From Candidatus Eiseniibacteriota bacterium (GTDB lineage: Bacteria; Eisenbacteria; RBG-16-71-46; CAIMUX01; VGJL01), in contig CAWBWI010000003.1 of the NCBI GenBank assembly GCA_963792585.1, positions 62,942-126,941 of the forward strand: a stretch of DNA of 64,000 bases, given 5' to 3'. The notes below the pieces were generated by a model, which had not been told where the DNA came from, ran no database searches, and was given only the letters and a program-made list of their open reading frames with translations. How positions within the stretch are numbered: the first letter of the stretch is position 1; each line of letters begins with the position of its first letter. Both the position numbers and the translations under genes were made by a program. Positions 1 to 10,895 of the stretch are shown here, in pieces.

Positions 1-657
1 CGCCAGCTCGGCCTCGATCGCCTCCGCGTCGTTGTCGCGGAGCATCGGCGTGTCGACCGGACCCGGCGCGACGGCGTTGACGCGGACGCCGTACTCGGCG
101 ACCTGGTAGGCAAGGGCCCGGGTGAACCCCACGAGCGCGGCCTTCGCGGTGACGTACTGGACGCTCTGGTTTCCCAGCCAGACCGCTTCCGACGCGATGT
201 TGACGATGCGGCCCCACCCGCGCTCGATCATCCCCGGGAGGACCGCGCTGGTCAGGTGAAAGGCGCCCGAGACGTGGACGTCCATGACGCGCTGCCACGC
301 CTCGAACGTGGTGTCGACGAAGCGCCCGCTCCCCGCGACTCCGGCGTTATTCACGAGGATGTCGATCGAGTCGTGCGCGGCGACGTGGACGGCCAGCTGG
401 CTTGCCACGCCGGACGCGTCCGTGACGTCGGCGCCCAGCGCGCCGGCCCGACCACCCATCCCCACGATCTCGCCGACGACCCGCTCGGCGGCCACGAGGT
501 CGCGGTCCAGGCAACCGACCCACGCCGCGCCGTCGGCCGCGAGACGGATGGCGGTCGCCCGTCCGATCCCCGAGCCGGCGCCGGTCACGAGCGCGACCCG
601 CCCGGCCAGCGGGGATAGCCGACCTGGTGAGGCGTCCTGGTCGCGGGGCGGTGGCAT
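1..657 (-). CDS. Short-chain dehydrogenase/reductase (FabG-like SDR); runs off the window edge
   Basis: My translation gives MPPPRDQDASPGRLSPLAGRVALVTGAGSGIGRA...ILVNNAG...YVTAKAALVGFTRALA...VNAVAPGPVDT, with the TGxxxGIG, NNAG and YxxxK motifs. Not in the ORF track. Confidence 0.93.
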   Translation of the reverse strand, partial: MPPPRDQDASPGRLSPLAGRVALVTGAGSGIGRATAIRLAADGAAWVGCLDRDLVAAERVVGEIVGMGGRAGALGADVTDASGVASQLAVHVAAHDSIDILVNNAGVAGSGRFVDTTFEAWQRVMDVHVSGAFHLTSAVLPGMIERGWGRIVNIASEAVWLGNQSVQYVTAKAALVGFTRALAYQVAEYGVRVNAVAPGPVDTPMLRDNDAEAIEAELA

Positions 658-705
658 CGCCGCAATGCTAGCGTCCGCGTTCGTGGACCGTGGCACCATC
701 GTGGG

Positions 706-1020
706 ACATGGAGCCGATCTTCCTCGTCGTGGGTGGCCCGGCGTGCGGGTTCAAGAGCATCACGAGCCGCGCCCAGGCCGCGACGTTCCCCAGAGGGCGT
801 TCACCTTCCCGTGGACGACATCCGGCACATGGTCGTGTCTCGGCCTGTCGCTTCCGCGGGCCGGACTGGACGACGAGCTGGTGCGGGAGGAGGTCGGCGC
901 CTCGCCCGGACGGCCGCGACCCGGATGGCGATGGACTATGCCGCGCGCGGGCATGGCGGTGGTGCTGGACGACTTCTACGATCCGGGCGGACTCATCGAA
1001 TGACGACGAGCTCCGGCGTA
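706..1020 (+). pseudogene. P-loop nucleotide kinase-like (AAA_18/AAA_33-type) fragment, frameshifted and truncated
   Basis: MEPIFLVVGGPACG.KS.TSRA...VHLPVDDIRHMVVS...VVLDDFYDP can be pieced together across three frames. Only about 100 aa are present. Confidence 0.55.
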
Positions 1021-1488
1021 ACGGACCGGCCCTACGGGGTCGCGCTGCCCGAGCACGTCGGTCGAGGTCTTGCGGCCCGGGAGCACGTGGTAGAGCAGGA
1101 CCGTCTCGAGGGTGTTGATGGGGTCCATCTTGAGACTGGTGATCGCGCCGAGGATGGATTTCACGACGCCCGCCTCGGTCGTCGACCACTTGCCGGTCAG
1201 GCTGTAGGCAAAGACCCGGAAGGCGCGGTCGTTCGGGGCGAGGACGGTCAGGGCGGCGGCGTCGCTGCCGAGCAGGCCGACCGGCGAGATGGGCTTCGCG
1301 CCGAGGACGGCGAAGGCCGCGGCCTCGACGATGTCGAAGTCATACCAGTTCGAGTCGAAGGCGACGCCATCAGCGCCAGGACTTCGACCACATTGGACGG
1401 CGGCTCCGACCGCGGCGGCAGGGCCGGCGATCGAGACGACGAGGGCCCCCGCCACGACGGCGGAGACGAGGGTTCGGCGAAGGCGCAT
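976..1488 (-). CDS. Secreted fasciclin (FAS1) domain protein, probably C-terminally truncated
   Basis: GGAGG RBS, signal peptide MRLRRTLVSAVVAGALVVSIAGPAAA, FAS1 motifs TVLAPNDRAF and TLETVLLYHVLPG. The second half of the domain is missing. Confidence 0.75.
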   Translation of the reverse strand: MRLRRTLVSAVVAGALVVSIAGPAAAVGAAVQCGRSPGADGVAFDSNWYDFDIVEAAAFAVLGAKPISPVGLLGSDAAALTVLAPNDRAFRVFAYSLTGKWSTTEAGVVKSILGAITSLKMDPINTLETVLLYHVLPGRKTSTDVLGQRDPVGPVRYAGARRHSMSPPGS

Positions 1489-1717
1489 GGCTGGTGTCGT
1501 ACCTCCAACAGCGTTCGGCCCGGGATGGGTCAGGACCGCTTGTAGGCTTGAGTTCGAAGGGATAAGCCCGAAACGGATTGCTCGGTGTTGCGTCCGGGCA
1601 ACAGGACGAAACCCAGGTGATCGGGCCGGGGCTTCGTGGACATTGGTGGGGCGTCTCAAACGGCACGACGCTACTATCGCGAATCCCGGGGCCGAGTCAC
1701 TGACGGAGGTACAGATC

Positions 1718-2144
1718 ATGCGGCGGCGGGTACTCGCGGCGGGGATCGCCTTCCTGGCGGTCTCTGCGTGTGCTGGCGCGGACCCAGCGGGATCGGTCGA
1801 GTCCGTGGCACCGCCGACGTCCGCCTCGCCCACGTCGCCGTCGGCTTTGCCCTCCGAGCTCACCGGTCCGGTGGTCGAGATCTCGCGGAGTCGCACCGCG
1901 TTCGACCTGGTCGACGCTCGAGGCCCCCGCGGACCAGGCGTTCCACATCGTCTTCACGAAGAGCGAACTCCTCACACCGCACAACATCGAGATCAGCGAC
2001 GCGCCGGCAAGCGGCGTGTTCATGGGCCCAGTGTTCGATGGCGTGGCGACCCGGACCTACGATGTGCCGGCGCTTGCCGCCGGCGCCTACACCTTCAAAT
2101 GCACGGTCCACCCGGAGATGAAGGGGACGCTGACCGCCGATTGA
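1718..2144 (+). CDS. Cupredoxin-domain lipoprotein (one frameshift near 1915)
   Basis: Lipobox-like AFLAVSAC and a Pro/Ser linker, then PHNIEI...YTFKCTVHPEMKGTLT with type-1 copper ligands H, C, H, M. Confidence 0.85.
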
Positions 2145-2167
2145 CGGCCGCGGCGCGTCGATGACGG

Positions 2168-2918
2168 TCAGTCTGGGTTCACGAGCTCGATCCGGATCCG
2201 CTTGTTGATGCGACCCTTGGATTCGTAGCCGGTCACCCGGATGCCGCCGACCTCGCGGGTGTTCGCGACGTGCGTGCCGCCGTCGGCCTGCAGGTCCAGG
2301 CCCGACGATCTCGATCGTCCGGATCTCCTCGATCCCGGGCGGCAGGAGGTTGACCTTTGTCCGGATCAGGTCGGGGATGGCGAACGCCTCGTCGCGCGGC
2401 AGGACGTTGACGCGGACGTCGCGCGCGTTCGCGAGCTCCTCGTTCACGGTGGCCTCGATGGCGTCGACCAGATCACCGGACATCGTCTCGAACTCGAAGT
2501 CCATCCGGCCGGAGCCCGGCTCCATGTTCCCGCCGGTGACCAGCGCGCCGTAGTCGCGCCAGACGACGCCGCACAGGGCGTGGAGGGCCGTGTGCGTGCG
2601 CATCAGCGCGATCCGGCGCGCCCAGTCCAGGTCCACCTGCAGCGCGTCCCCGACCGCGGGCGGGTCGCCGTCGGCGGGCTCCAGCTCGTGGACGATCTCG
2701 GCGCCGACCTTCTTCGCCCCGCGCACGGTCCAGGTCCGACCGTCACTCGCGCGGAGGAGCAGACCCCGGTCTGACGGCTGGCCGCCGCCGCCCGGGTAGA
2801 ACACGGTCCGATCCAGCACGACGACGGTCGCATCACCGACCTCGACATGCCGGACGGTCGCCCCGATCGACCGGGCGTAGGCATCGGAGTAGCAGAGCTG
2901 CTCGCCGGCCGGGGTCAC
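2168..2918 (-). CDS. alaX: Alanyl-tRNA editing protein AlaX (one frameshift near 2303)
   Basis: LDRTVFYPGGGGQPSDRG and RTHTALH (HxxxH), then in the shifted frame DLQADGGTHVANTREVG. Confidence 0.92.
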
Positions 2919-2977
2919 GGGGTGGTGCTCACGAGGTCGGTGTCACGGGGTCGGACGCGTCAGCCGTTCGCCCGGCC

Positions 2978-3455
2978 TCACTGGACCGTGAGCTCTCCGA
3001 CCATCGGGGGGTGGACGGTACAGACGAACTTGTAGGTCCCGGCGGCCAGCGGCGGAACCGAGTAGACACGCTTGTCCACCCCGTTGAAGGTCTCCCCGGT
3101 GAAGACCGCGTTCCCGCTCCCGTCCTGGATGACCACGTTGTGCGGGATCCCGAGATCGTCGTTCTGGAAGTCGATCTGGAAGGCCGTATCCGCCGGGGCG
3201 CTCAGCTCATCGGTGTCGAAGGCGATGTTGAGGGCGGAGATCTGCACGACGGGTCCACTCGGCGCGCCCGACGGCTCTCCGCTCGGGGCCAGCGTCGCTG
3301 GGCGCCGCCGAGGCATCGGCAGATGCGCTGGGCTCCACGCTCGGCAAGGGCGTCACCGACGGCGCGGGCGCATAGGTCCAGCCCGGGGCAGACGCGCTGC
3401 AGGCGGCGAGCGCCAGGGCTCCGATGGTCAGAACGAGCGGGCGGGCGAGTCGCAT
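2978..3455 (-). CDS. Second cupredoxin-domain lipoprotein (frameshift near 3320)
   Basis: MRLARPLVLTIGALALAAC lipobox; PHNVVI...YKFVCTVHPPMVGELTV. Confidence 0.88.
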
Positions 3456-3777
3456 GGGTGGGCGATACCTCTGTACGGACGCGAGGGATCGGCAGGCCGT
3501 TGGCGGCCAGCCGCGAGAGATGTCGGAGGGGAATCTACCGCGTTCCTGTCGGAGTGGACATCGCGCGTCCCGTCGATCGAGTGGCGACCCGCCTCGTCGA
3601 CCGGTACCTCCGGCCCAGTACCCACCCGTACCATCGTCCGGATTGCCCCCGGACCTTCGCGGGACTAGTCTCCGCTCCCCTGCCCCGAATCGGGGAGCGT
3701 CGCCGGACGTGGCGACCACAGCGCATCGGAGCCCACCGAACCCATGACCAACCGACTCGCCACCCGCGCCTGGCAGC

Positions 3778-3843
3778 ATGGCCACCGTCCTCGGCCCGAT
3801 CCTCGCGATCGCCCTGACCCTGGTCGCCGGTCGCCGCTGGTAA
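3778..3843 (+). CDS. Putative small membrane peptide (21 aa, or about 33 aa from ATG 3744 with one frameshift)
   Basis: MATVLGPILAIALTLVAGRRW*. Hydrophobic helix, GC3-rich codons, GGAG upstream of ATG 3744. Confidence 0.45.
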   Translation: MATVLGPILAIALTLVAGRRW

Positions 3844-3977
3844 CCGACCTCGCCTCATCCAGCGCCGATCGTCGGCCGGAACCCATCCGACCGACGACCG
3901 TCCTCATTCGAGACCCGGAGACCTCCCTCCGGGTCTCGTTCTTTGTGCCGTCACGGTCCCAGACTGGCGCCATCGCC

Positions 3978-6900
3978 CTAGGGTCGGTCGGTCAGGCCCA
4001 GCCGGATCGCGACGGCGGCGGCCTCGACGCGTCCTGACACGCCGAGCTTGCTCAGGATGTTGCCGACGTGGACGCCGACCGTCTTCTGGCTGATGAACAG
4101 GCGCTCCCCGATCTCGCGGTTCGTCCGCCCTCGCGCGATCTGCGCGAGGACTTCGCGCTCGCGACCGCTCAGTCCGAACGTGTCGCGCCGCGCCTGGCCA
4201 TCGGGCGGACCGGCCGAGCCCGCGCACCAGGGCTGAGGCTTCGCCGCCGCTCGCGGCGAACCGTCCATCGGGCCTGCCGTCACCGGAGTCGCGATGACCC
4301 CGACCAGGGCCGGGCGGACATCGTCGCGACCGCCGAGCCGCACGTCGACCTCCGCCGGGATCGTGATCAGGGCGCGATGGGCCAGCTCGCGCAGCTCTCG
4401 GAGCAGCGGCAGGGCGCCCAACTCCAGGGCGGCGTCGATGGCCTCGATGAGTGGCGCGCGCGCGTCGCGCCGACCGGCCCGGCCCGCACCGGAGCCGAGC
4501 ATCGCCTCCGCTTCGCGCCAGCGAGCCCGGGCTGTCTCGTAGGGGATCCCGAGAAGCGCCCACCCGTCCGCGACGGCCTCCCAGGTGGCCGCATCGTCGC
4601 GACCATCCACGCGGCGGCGGTGGGCTCGTGCCGTGGCGAGCCAGGCATCGGCAAGCCGGCGGGACCCGAGCGTCGGCAGCACGCCGTGGCGACGGACGAT
4701 CGATTCGGCCGACTTCATGACGTCCCGGGCACGCTCACGAGCCGCGGCCAGCCCCGCCAGGTCCCGGTGCTCGCGGGCCTCGGCCGCAGCGGCAGCATCC
4801 ACTTCGATGACGGTCGCGGCCGTCCGCGCGGCCAGGATCCAGTCCTCGGTCTCCTGGGCCAGGCGCCAACCCCGCTCGGAGGCCCGCCGGGCATCGGCGA
4901 TGTCGCCGCGCCAGAGCGCGAACGAGGCCGCGGCCAGGTGCAGTGGGACGGCCTGCTGGGCATCGCGGACGGCCTCGAGCTCCAGCATCGTCTGGCCCAG
5001 TAGCCGCCCGGCGGGCTCGCCGGCGGACAATTCGATCTCGACCGTGGCCAGGGCCACCATCGTGTTGAGGAAGTTGACTCCGGCGGGCAGCCATTCGAGC
5101 GCCGTCATGCTCAGGGCGCGCGCCTCCTGCCAGCGACCCAGCAGGAACAGCGAGTCGGCGGCGTTGCCGCGCAGGAAGTTCCCGTAGACGGCTTCGAGGC
5201 CGGCGGATCGGGCCGCCTCGATCCCCTCGGACGCCACGGCCACGGCCTCCTCGTGGCGACCGGCCAGGTCCAGCACGGTCGTGAGGTTCGCGTAGACCCG
5301 GAACAGCTCATCGAGGTCGCCGAGCTCCTCGGCCATCGCGCGCGCCTGGCGCAGCATCGCGACCGCGGCCTCCGGGTCCGCGCGCCAGCCGAGCGACACG
5401 CCAAGGGTCGTCGTGGCGTGCAGTTCCCACGTGCGAGCGGGCGGATCGCAGGCGCGAGCAAGCCGGATCGCCTCGCGTGACAGCCGCTCCGCGTCGGAGA
5501 ACGTGCCCTCCAGCATGCGCACCTGAGCGAGTCCGGCGACGACGGCGGCTCGAGCCGGTGAGGGTCCGGTCGGGACCAACTCGACGGCGCGACGGCGAGC
5601 GGCCAGGGCGCCCTCGGCATCGCCCGCCACGCGTCGGAACTGGCCCAGGCGGTCGTACGTGAGTCCGAGTCGAGCCCGATCGCGCCGGGCGTCCGACGTC
5701 GCGATCACGGCATCGAGGTAGGCCGCCGCCCGGCCGACGCGTCCTGCGGCGAAGGCGGCTTCGGCCGCCCGCCGGCCCAGGTCCGCGAGGTCGGATCGGG
5801 CGGTCCGGGCGCCGCGGCCAGCCTCCGCCGTCCCCCGGATCGAGATCGCGAGCTCCAGCGCCGCGAGCTCGTCCGCCGGCGCGTCCACGACTGCCGCCGC
5901 ATCCGCGGCCGCGACGGCCGCCGCACCGGCCGCCGGCGCGTCATGGGCGATCAGGTGGTGGTGCATGGCCATGAACGGGTGATCGGACATGGCGGCCGCC
6001 ACGGCGGCATGATGGCGCACGCGGGTGGTCGGCAGCAGGTCCGCCTCGATCGCCCGGCCGACGAGCTCGTGCCGGAGCAGCAGGCCGTCGGGCCCATCCA
6101 CCACGAACCCGTACTCGATGGCCTCGTCCAGGCCGGCCGTCATGTCGGCGTCCAGGACGCCGTCACCGCGCCGCGGCGCGGTGGACGAGCGCGGTGGGGC
6201 GCTCGTCGCCTCCGTCTCGAAGACCTCGGCGCGTCGCGACCAGGGCGGCCGGCGTCATGGGTCGACCGGCCGGGGCGAGTAGTCGGAGCACGCGCCGGCA
6301 CTCGGGCGAGCGCGCGGCGACCCGCGCCAGGACGAGGTCCTCGAACGACGAGGTCAGGGACACCGTCGGCAACTCGCGCCGCGCCGCGAGCAGTTCCTCG
6401 GCCAGCAGCGGGCGGCCGGCCGACCGCTCGGCGACGATCACCAGGACGCTGGCCGATGGTCGCTCGCCCTCGATCGACTCGATCGATCCGGGCGAGATCG
6501 TCACGGCCCAGGGGCCCCAGCGTCATCCGCCCGGGTGGCCGGGGCGCCGCGGCCAGCGCGCCCAGGTCCATGGCCCACGGGTCGTCGCGGCGGATCGCAT
6601 CGCCCTGATAGGTCCCGACGATGGCCAGTCGCTGGGCGCGGGCGATCCGGGCCAGGAAGCTGACCAGGGTCCGCGTGCCGGCATCCGCCCGATGGAGATC
6701 CTCCATCACGAGCAGCACCGGCCGGCGCTCGCTCGAGACGCGTGACGACCCCGAGGACGCCCTCCAGCAATCGCGCCTGGCGTCGCTCGGGCACGGTCGT
6801 GAGCCTCGCTTGGCGGTCCGGATCCGTCCCCATGCGGTCCCCGAGCTCCGGCAGCAACCGCACGAGCTCGTCCGTGGCCGAGCCGACCACGTCGCGAAGC

Positions 6901-7199
6901 TCGGCATCCGGGAGGTCCGCGAGCACCGGGCGCAGCGCCCGGATCAGGGGGGCGTACGGGCGGTCGGTCCCGGGACCGTATGCGCCGCCGCGCACGACCA
7001 GCATCGGCTCCCGGATGGCGGCCACGCGCCGGATCGCCTCGTCGATGAAACGGGTGGCGCCGACGCCCGCCGTGCCGTCGACCATGAGCGCGCCGGCATC
7101 GCCGGCGGATGCCGACTGGAGCAGCGACGCGAGCCGGGTGAACGCGTCCTCTCGCCCGACGAACCGCGCACTCGTGTAGGTGGCGGGCATGCCGGCCAT
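3978..7199 (-). CDS. Large LuxR-family ATP-binding regulator (AAA_16 + TPR-like + HTH LuxR); frameshifts near 6150-6300, 6500 and 6740
   Basis: N-terminal FVGRE...GTAGVGATR, Walker B LLVMEDLHRAD, C-terminal LSGREREVLAQIARGRTNREIGERLFISQKTVGVHVGNILSKLG. Confidence 0.93.
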
Positions 7200-7279
7200 T
7201 CTAGGGGTCTGCCGCCGGCGCGGTCACTCGCCGTCACCGTCGGCCGACGCGGCGACCGCGCTCGGCTACGCTGCACCGC

Positions 7280-8225
7280 GTGACCGACGACCGCCGCGCC
7301 CCCCATCCCGCCAACGAGCTGAACGACCTGCCCGGTGAGGAGTGGCTGTACTTCACCAAGTCGGTGCTGACCACCGCGTATCCGTCCGAGCTCGGACACG
7401 TCGCGCGCAAGGCCCATGGCGCGAACAAGCCGCCCAGGCTGATGGCCCGGCTGATCGAGTTCTTCAGCCGGACCGGCGAGCTCGTCCTGGACCCGTTCGC
7501 CGGCGTCGGCGGGACCCTGCTGGGTGCGGCCATCGCCCGCGGACCCCGGCACGCCCTGGGCATCGAGCTCGATCCGCGCTGGGTCGCGATCCACGAACGG
7601 GTCGTGGCCGAGCTCCTCGCCGAGCGTGACGGCGCCGGGCCGCTGATCGCGGACCTCGGCACGGCCGACCCGGGAGGTCCGCGCGGGTTCGATCCATCGG
7701 GCCTGGAGCTTCGCCTCGGCGACGCGCTGACGGTCCTGCCGACCCTGGCCGAGCGCTCGATCGACTTCGTCGCGACCGACCCGCCCTACAACATCCAGCT
7801 GCCGCTCACGATGGCCGGTGGTGCGCTCGCCGAGACGCATGCCAATCGCCGGACCGACTACGCGATGATCAGCGACCACCCCGACGACATCGCCAACGCG
7901 CCGGACTACGGGACCTTCCTCGACCGGATGGAGGCGGTCTTCCGGGAGCTCTACCGGGTCCTGCGTGTCGGACGCTACGCCGTCGTCATCGTCCGGGACG
8001 CCTACCAGGACGGCCGCTACCAGTTCGTCGGGTCGGACCTCGCCGGGCGGGCGGCCGCCGGTCGGGTTCGTACCGAAGGGCGACCTCATCTGGCACCAGG
8101 CCGGGACACGGCTGCGGCCGTACGGCTATCCGCGGGTGTTCGTCCCGAACATCGCCCACCAGCACATCCTGGTGCTGCGGCGCGAGGCGGACCAGGGTCA
8201 GGCGCGCCGCCGACTCTCGAGGTAG
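7280..8225 (+). CDS. SAM-dependent amino-methyltransferase (N4-C/N6-A DNA MTase-like, or Trm11-like), orphan; frameshift near 8058
   Basis: KPPRLMARLIEFFSRTGELVLDPFAGVGGT (motifs X/I), GIELDP, ATDPPY (motif IV), ELYRVLRVGRYAVV, then GFVPKGDLIW in the shifted frame. Confidence 0.85.
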
Positions 8226-8237
8226 GCGGCGAGCACG

Positions 8238-9877
8238 TCACCGTCGACGTCCTCGCCCATCGTCCAGGTCTCGGACGACGATCGGCATCGTCGCCGTCGG
8301 GGAGGACGGCGTCTGCCCGCCGCCGACGACCTCGCCGAGGGTCATCTTGTGGATCCATCCCTGGCTGCCATCCGGGCAGAGAACGAGCCAGTAGACGCCG
8401 TGCTTCTCGAGCAACTGGACCTCGTCGCCCTGGTCGAGGAACCCGATCTCGCCACCGCGCAGCTCATCGGGCATGTCCAGCAGGCGAACGAGGGTGTACC
8501 GGATCAGCCGACGCTCGCGACCGTCCAGCGGGCCGACCAAGCCGTGATCGAACGTGAGCCGGGGGGCTGCGGGAGCCGCATCGCGGATCGGGTCGGCCTT
8601 GCGCGCCTCCATCAGCGACGGCCGACGCCACCGCGGCATCGCCATCTCGAGGTCGATGGGGCCGGGCGCGGCAGCCGGGACCACGACGCCCGTCGGGATG
8701 GTCGCGACGGCCCCCGCGGCGACGCCCATCCCGCTGGCCGCAGCGAGCGCGAGCACCTCGTCGGGCGCCGGCTGCTCACCGTCCCGACGCCGCTTCCCGA
8801 AGAGCCCGAACGCCATCGCCATCGTCACCACCCCGGTCGTCGTGACCATCGTGGCGAAGAGGCTGAGAGGCACCGTCGGAGCGTTACCTCCCAGGGCGGA
8901 CATCGCCGTCGCGAGGATGCCGGACGGGTCGACGCCTCCGCCCCCGGCGTCGTCCGTCCCGGATCCACTCACCGAGTTCGGATCGCCACCGTTGCCATCG
9001 CCACCCGGGACTCCGTCAGGAGCGGCGCCTTCGACGCCCGGTACCGCCGCGACCGTCCGCCGCCAGGGCCGTCGATGGATCCACCGGTCGTGCCGGGCAC
9101 GACCACGCCGATCGCCCCGTCGCTCGGTTCGGGCGAATCACCGGGCAGGATCCCGTAGCCGGTCGGCGACAGCGATCCATCCGGGCGCTCCGGTCCGTCG
9201 GTCGAGGTGGCACCGTCGGTCGGAGTCGATCGTCGGGGTCGACCCGCCGGGAGGGCTCGTCGGCGTCGCCTCGGTCGATCGGTCGGTCGGGGGGTGGCCT
9301 TGGCAGTCGGCTCCGGAGTCGGGGTCGGCTTCGCGGTGGGCTTCGGGGTCGGCTTGGGCGTGGGGGTGGGTTTCGGGGTGGGCTTCGGCGTGGGGGTGGG
9401 TTTCGGGGTCGGCTTGGGGTGGGCGTGGGGGTTGGGGGGACCGTGACGGTCACCGTGCCCGCGCCCAGGCTGTCGTCGAACCGGTCGCGGCTCATCGCCT
9501 CGAACGTCACGGCGTGCTTGCCCGCGGGCAGCGTGCCAGACCAGCCGAAGGTGACACTCGCGCTTCCAGTCCGAGCCGCCGGTCTTCTGCATCGCATGCG
9601 TGGCTCCGGCGACCCGGACCCGCACCCAGTCGGCGGGCGACCCTTCGCGGTTCCGATACGAGACGGTGAAGCGGATCGTCGTTGCCGTGGTCCCGGTGCC
9701 CGGCGAGACGGCACCGTCGAAGAGTCGGGTCGGACCGGCGCCACCGGAGGCCGGCGCGGCAAGCACGAGGAGCATCGCCACGACCGTGATCCAGCTGACC
9801 GCCACGGGCAGCCCACGCCGGCCCGCTCGAGCGGTGGCGCTTGGCGGCGAGGCGTGGCGGCGATGGAAGAAGCGCAC
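8238..9877 (-). CDS. Exported Pro/Thr-stalk membrane protein with Ig-like N-domain and C-terminal SH3-like domain (several frameshifts)
   Basis: Signal/[21 protein letters not shown], beta-rich domain, KPTP repeats, [24 protein letters not shown] followed by KRRRD, and SH3b-like [30 protein letters not shown]. Confidence 0.7.
9320..9440. repeat. Coding low-complexity repeat (TPKP/KPTP)n
   Basis: Recurrent ggggtcggcttc / ggggtgggtttc units encoding [10 protein letters not shown]. Confidence 0.85.
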
Positions 9878-10115
9878 GGAATTGCCTCCGGCCGGGGCTG
9901 GGGCCCGGATCCCTGCTCGCGAGGATGGCCCGCGCCGGAGAGGCCGGGCAATGGTACGGGGGTCCGGTCCGTCCACCGCCGACCGGGCACGTCTCCGCGG
10001 GTCCGACGAGGCCGTCGGTGCGGCCAGGCACCACTCGTGGTCGGTCCGGTGCGGTCGGGGGTGGACGTTGGTCCCACCGTCCCACGGGCTTACCCCGGTT
10101 CGGCCATTGGCGGTC

Positions 10116-10895
10116 ATGCGGGCCGCCACCGAGGATGGCCGCATGGAGGTCATCTCGCCGCCAAGCGCTATCGAGCGCCCATCCGTCGTTCCGGTCATCG
10201 GCGGGACCCTCGTGGGGACCCTCCTGGTGGTCGGCGGGATCGTGCTGGCCTACGTCGTCCTCGCGACCCCACTCCTCTCGCAGGTCGTCCCGGCCGGCCG
10301 ACTCGGCGCCGGGGAGATGGCCATCGGGATGGGCATCTGGGCAGCCGCCCTCGTCGCCCCCGCCGCCTTCATCCTGCTCGGGACGACCCGACTCGCGCGG
10401 ATCCTGGGCCGGGCCCGACGGCGGATGCCGCGGCGCTCGGTGCTCCAACGGGCGATCGGGACCCTGCCCGACGGCGTCGTCCTGGCGAGTGGGCTGACGC
10501 TCCCCGACGGGCGCGGCATCTCCGAGCTGCTCGTGGGGCCGTTCGGTGCTGCCGTGATCCGCGAACTGCCGCCCGCCGGCGCCACGCGCGTGCGCAACAG
10601 CCATTGGGAGGCGCGCACGGCGCGGGGCTGGATCCAGCTGGAGAATCCGCTCGAACGGGCGACCCGCGACGCCGAGCGCGTCCGACGGTGGCTGGGGCAT
10701 GACGATGCGGACTTCGTGGTGAAGACCTACGCGGCGGTGGTCGGGCCGGCTCCGACGATCGCCAGGACCGCAGGTTGTGCCGTTCTGAGCCCGGACCAGC
10801 TGGCGGCCTGGGTCGCGGCCCTGCCCGCTCAACGCAGCCTCACGCCCGGACGCATCGAACGTATGCTGGAGGTCGTTCGCGAGGCCGCTGTCTGA
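10116..10895 (+). CDS. Two-TM membrane protein with a degenerate NERD-like domain
   Basis: Two TM helices, then [24 protein letters not shown]...W...ENPLERA...AERVRRWL, which has NERD-like spacing. Confidence 0.6.
   Translation: MRAATEDGRMEVISPPSAIERPSVVPVIGGTLVGTLLVVGGIVLAYVVLATPLLSQVVPAGRLGAGEMAIGMGIWAAALVAPAAFILLGTTRLARILGRARRRMPRRSVLQRAIGTLPDGVVLASGLTLPDGRGISELLVGPFGAAVIRELPPAGATRVRNSHWEARTARGWIQLENPLERATRDAERVRRWLGHDDADFVVKTYAAVVGPAPTIARTAGCAVLSPDQLAAWVAALPAQRSLTPGRIERMLEVVREAAV

Noticed and set aside
7280-8225. This methyltransferase as the missing DISARM methylase
   Set aside because: It lies on the other side of the 31,412 junction, probably in a different organism, and does not resemble the large DrmMI or the C5 DrmMII.
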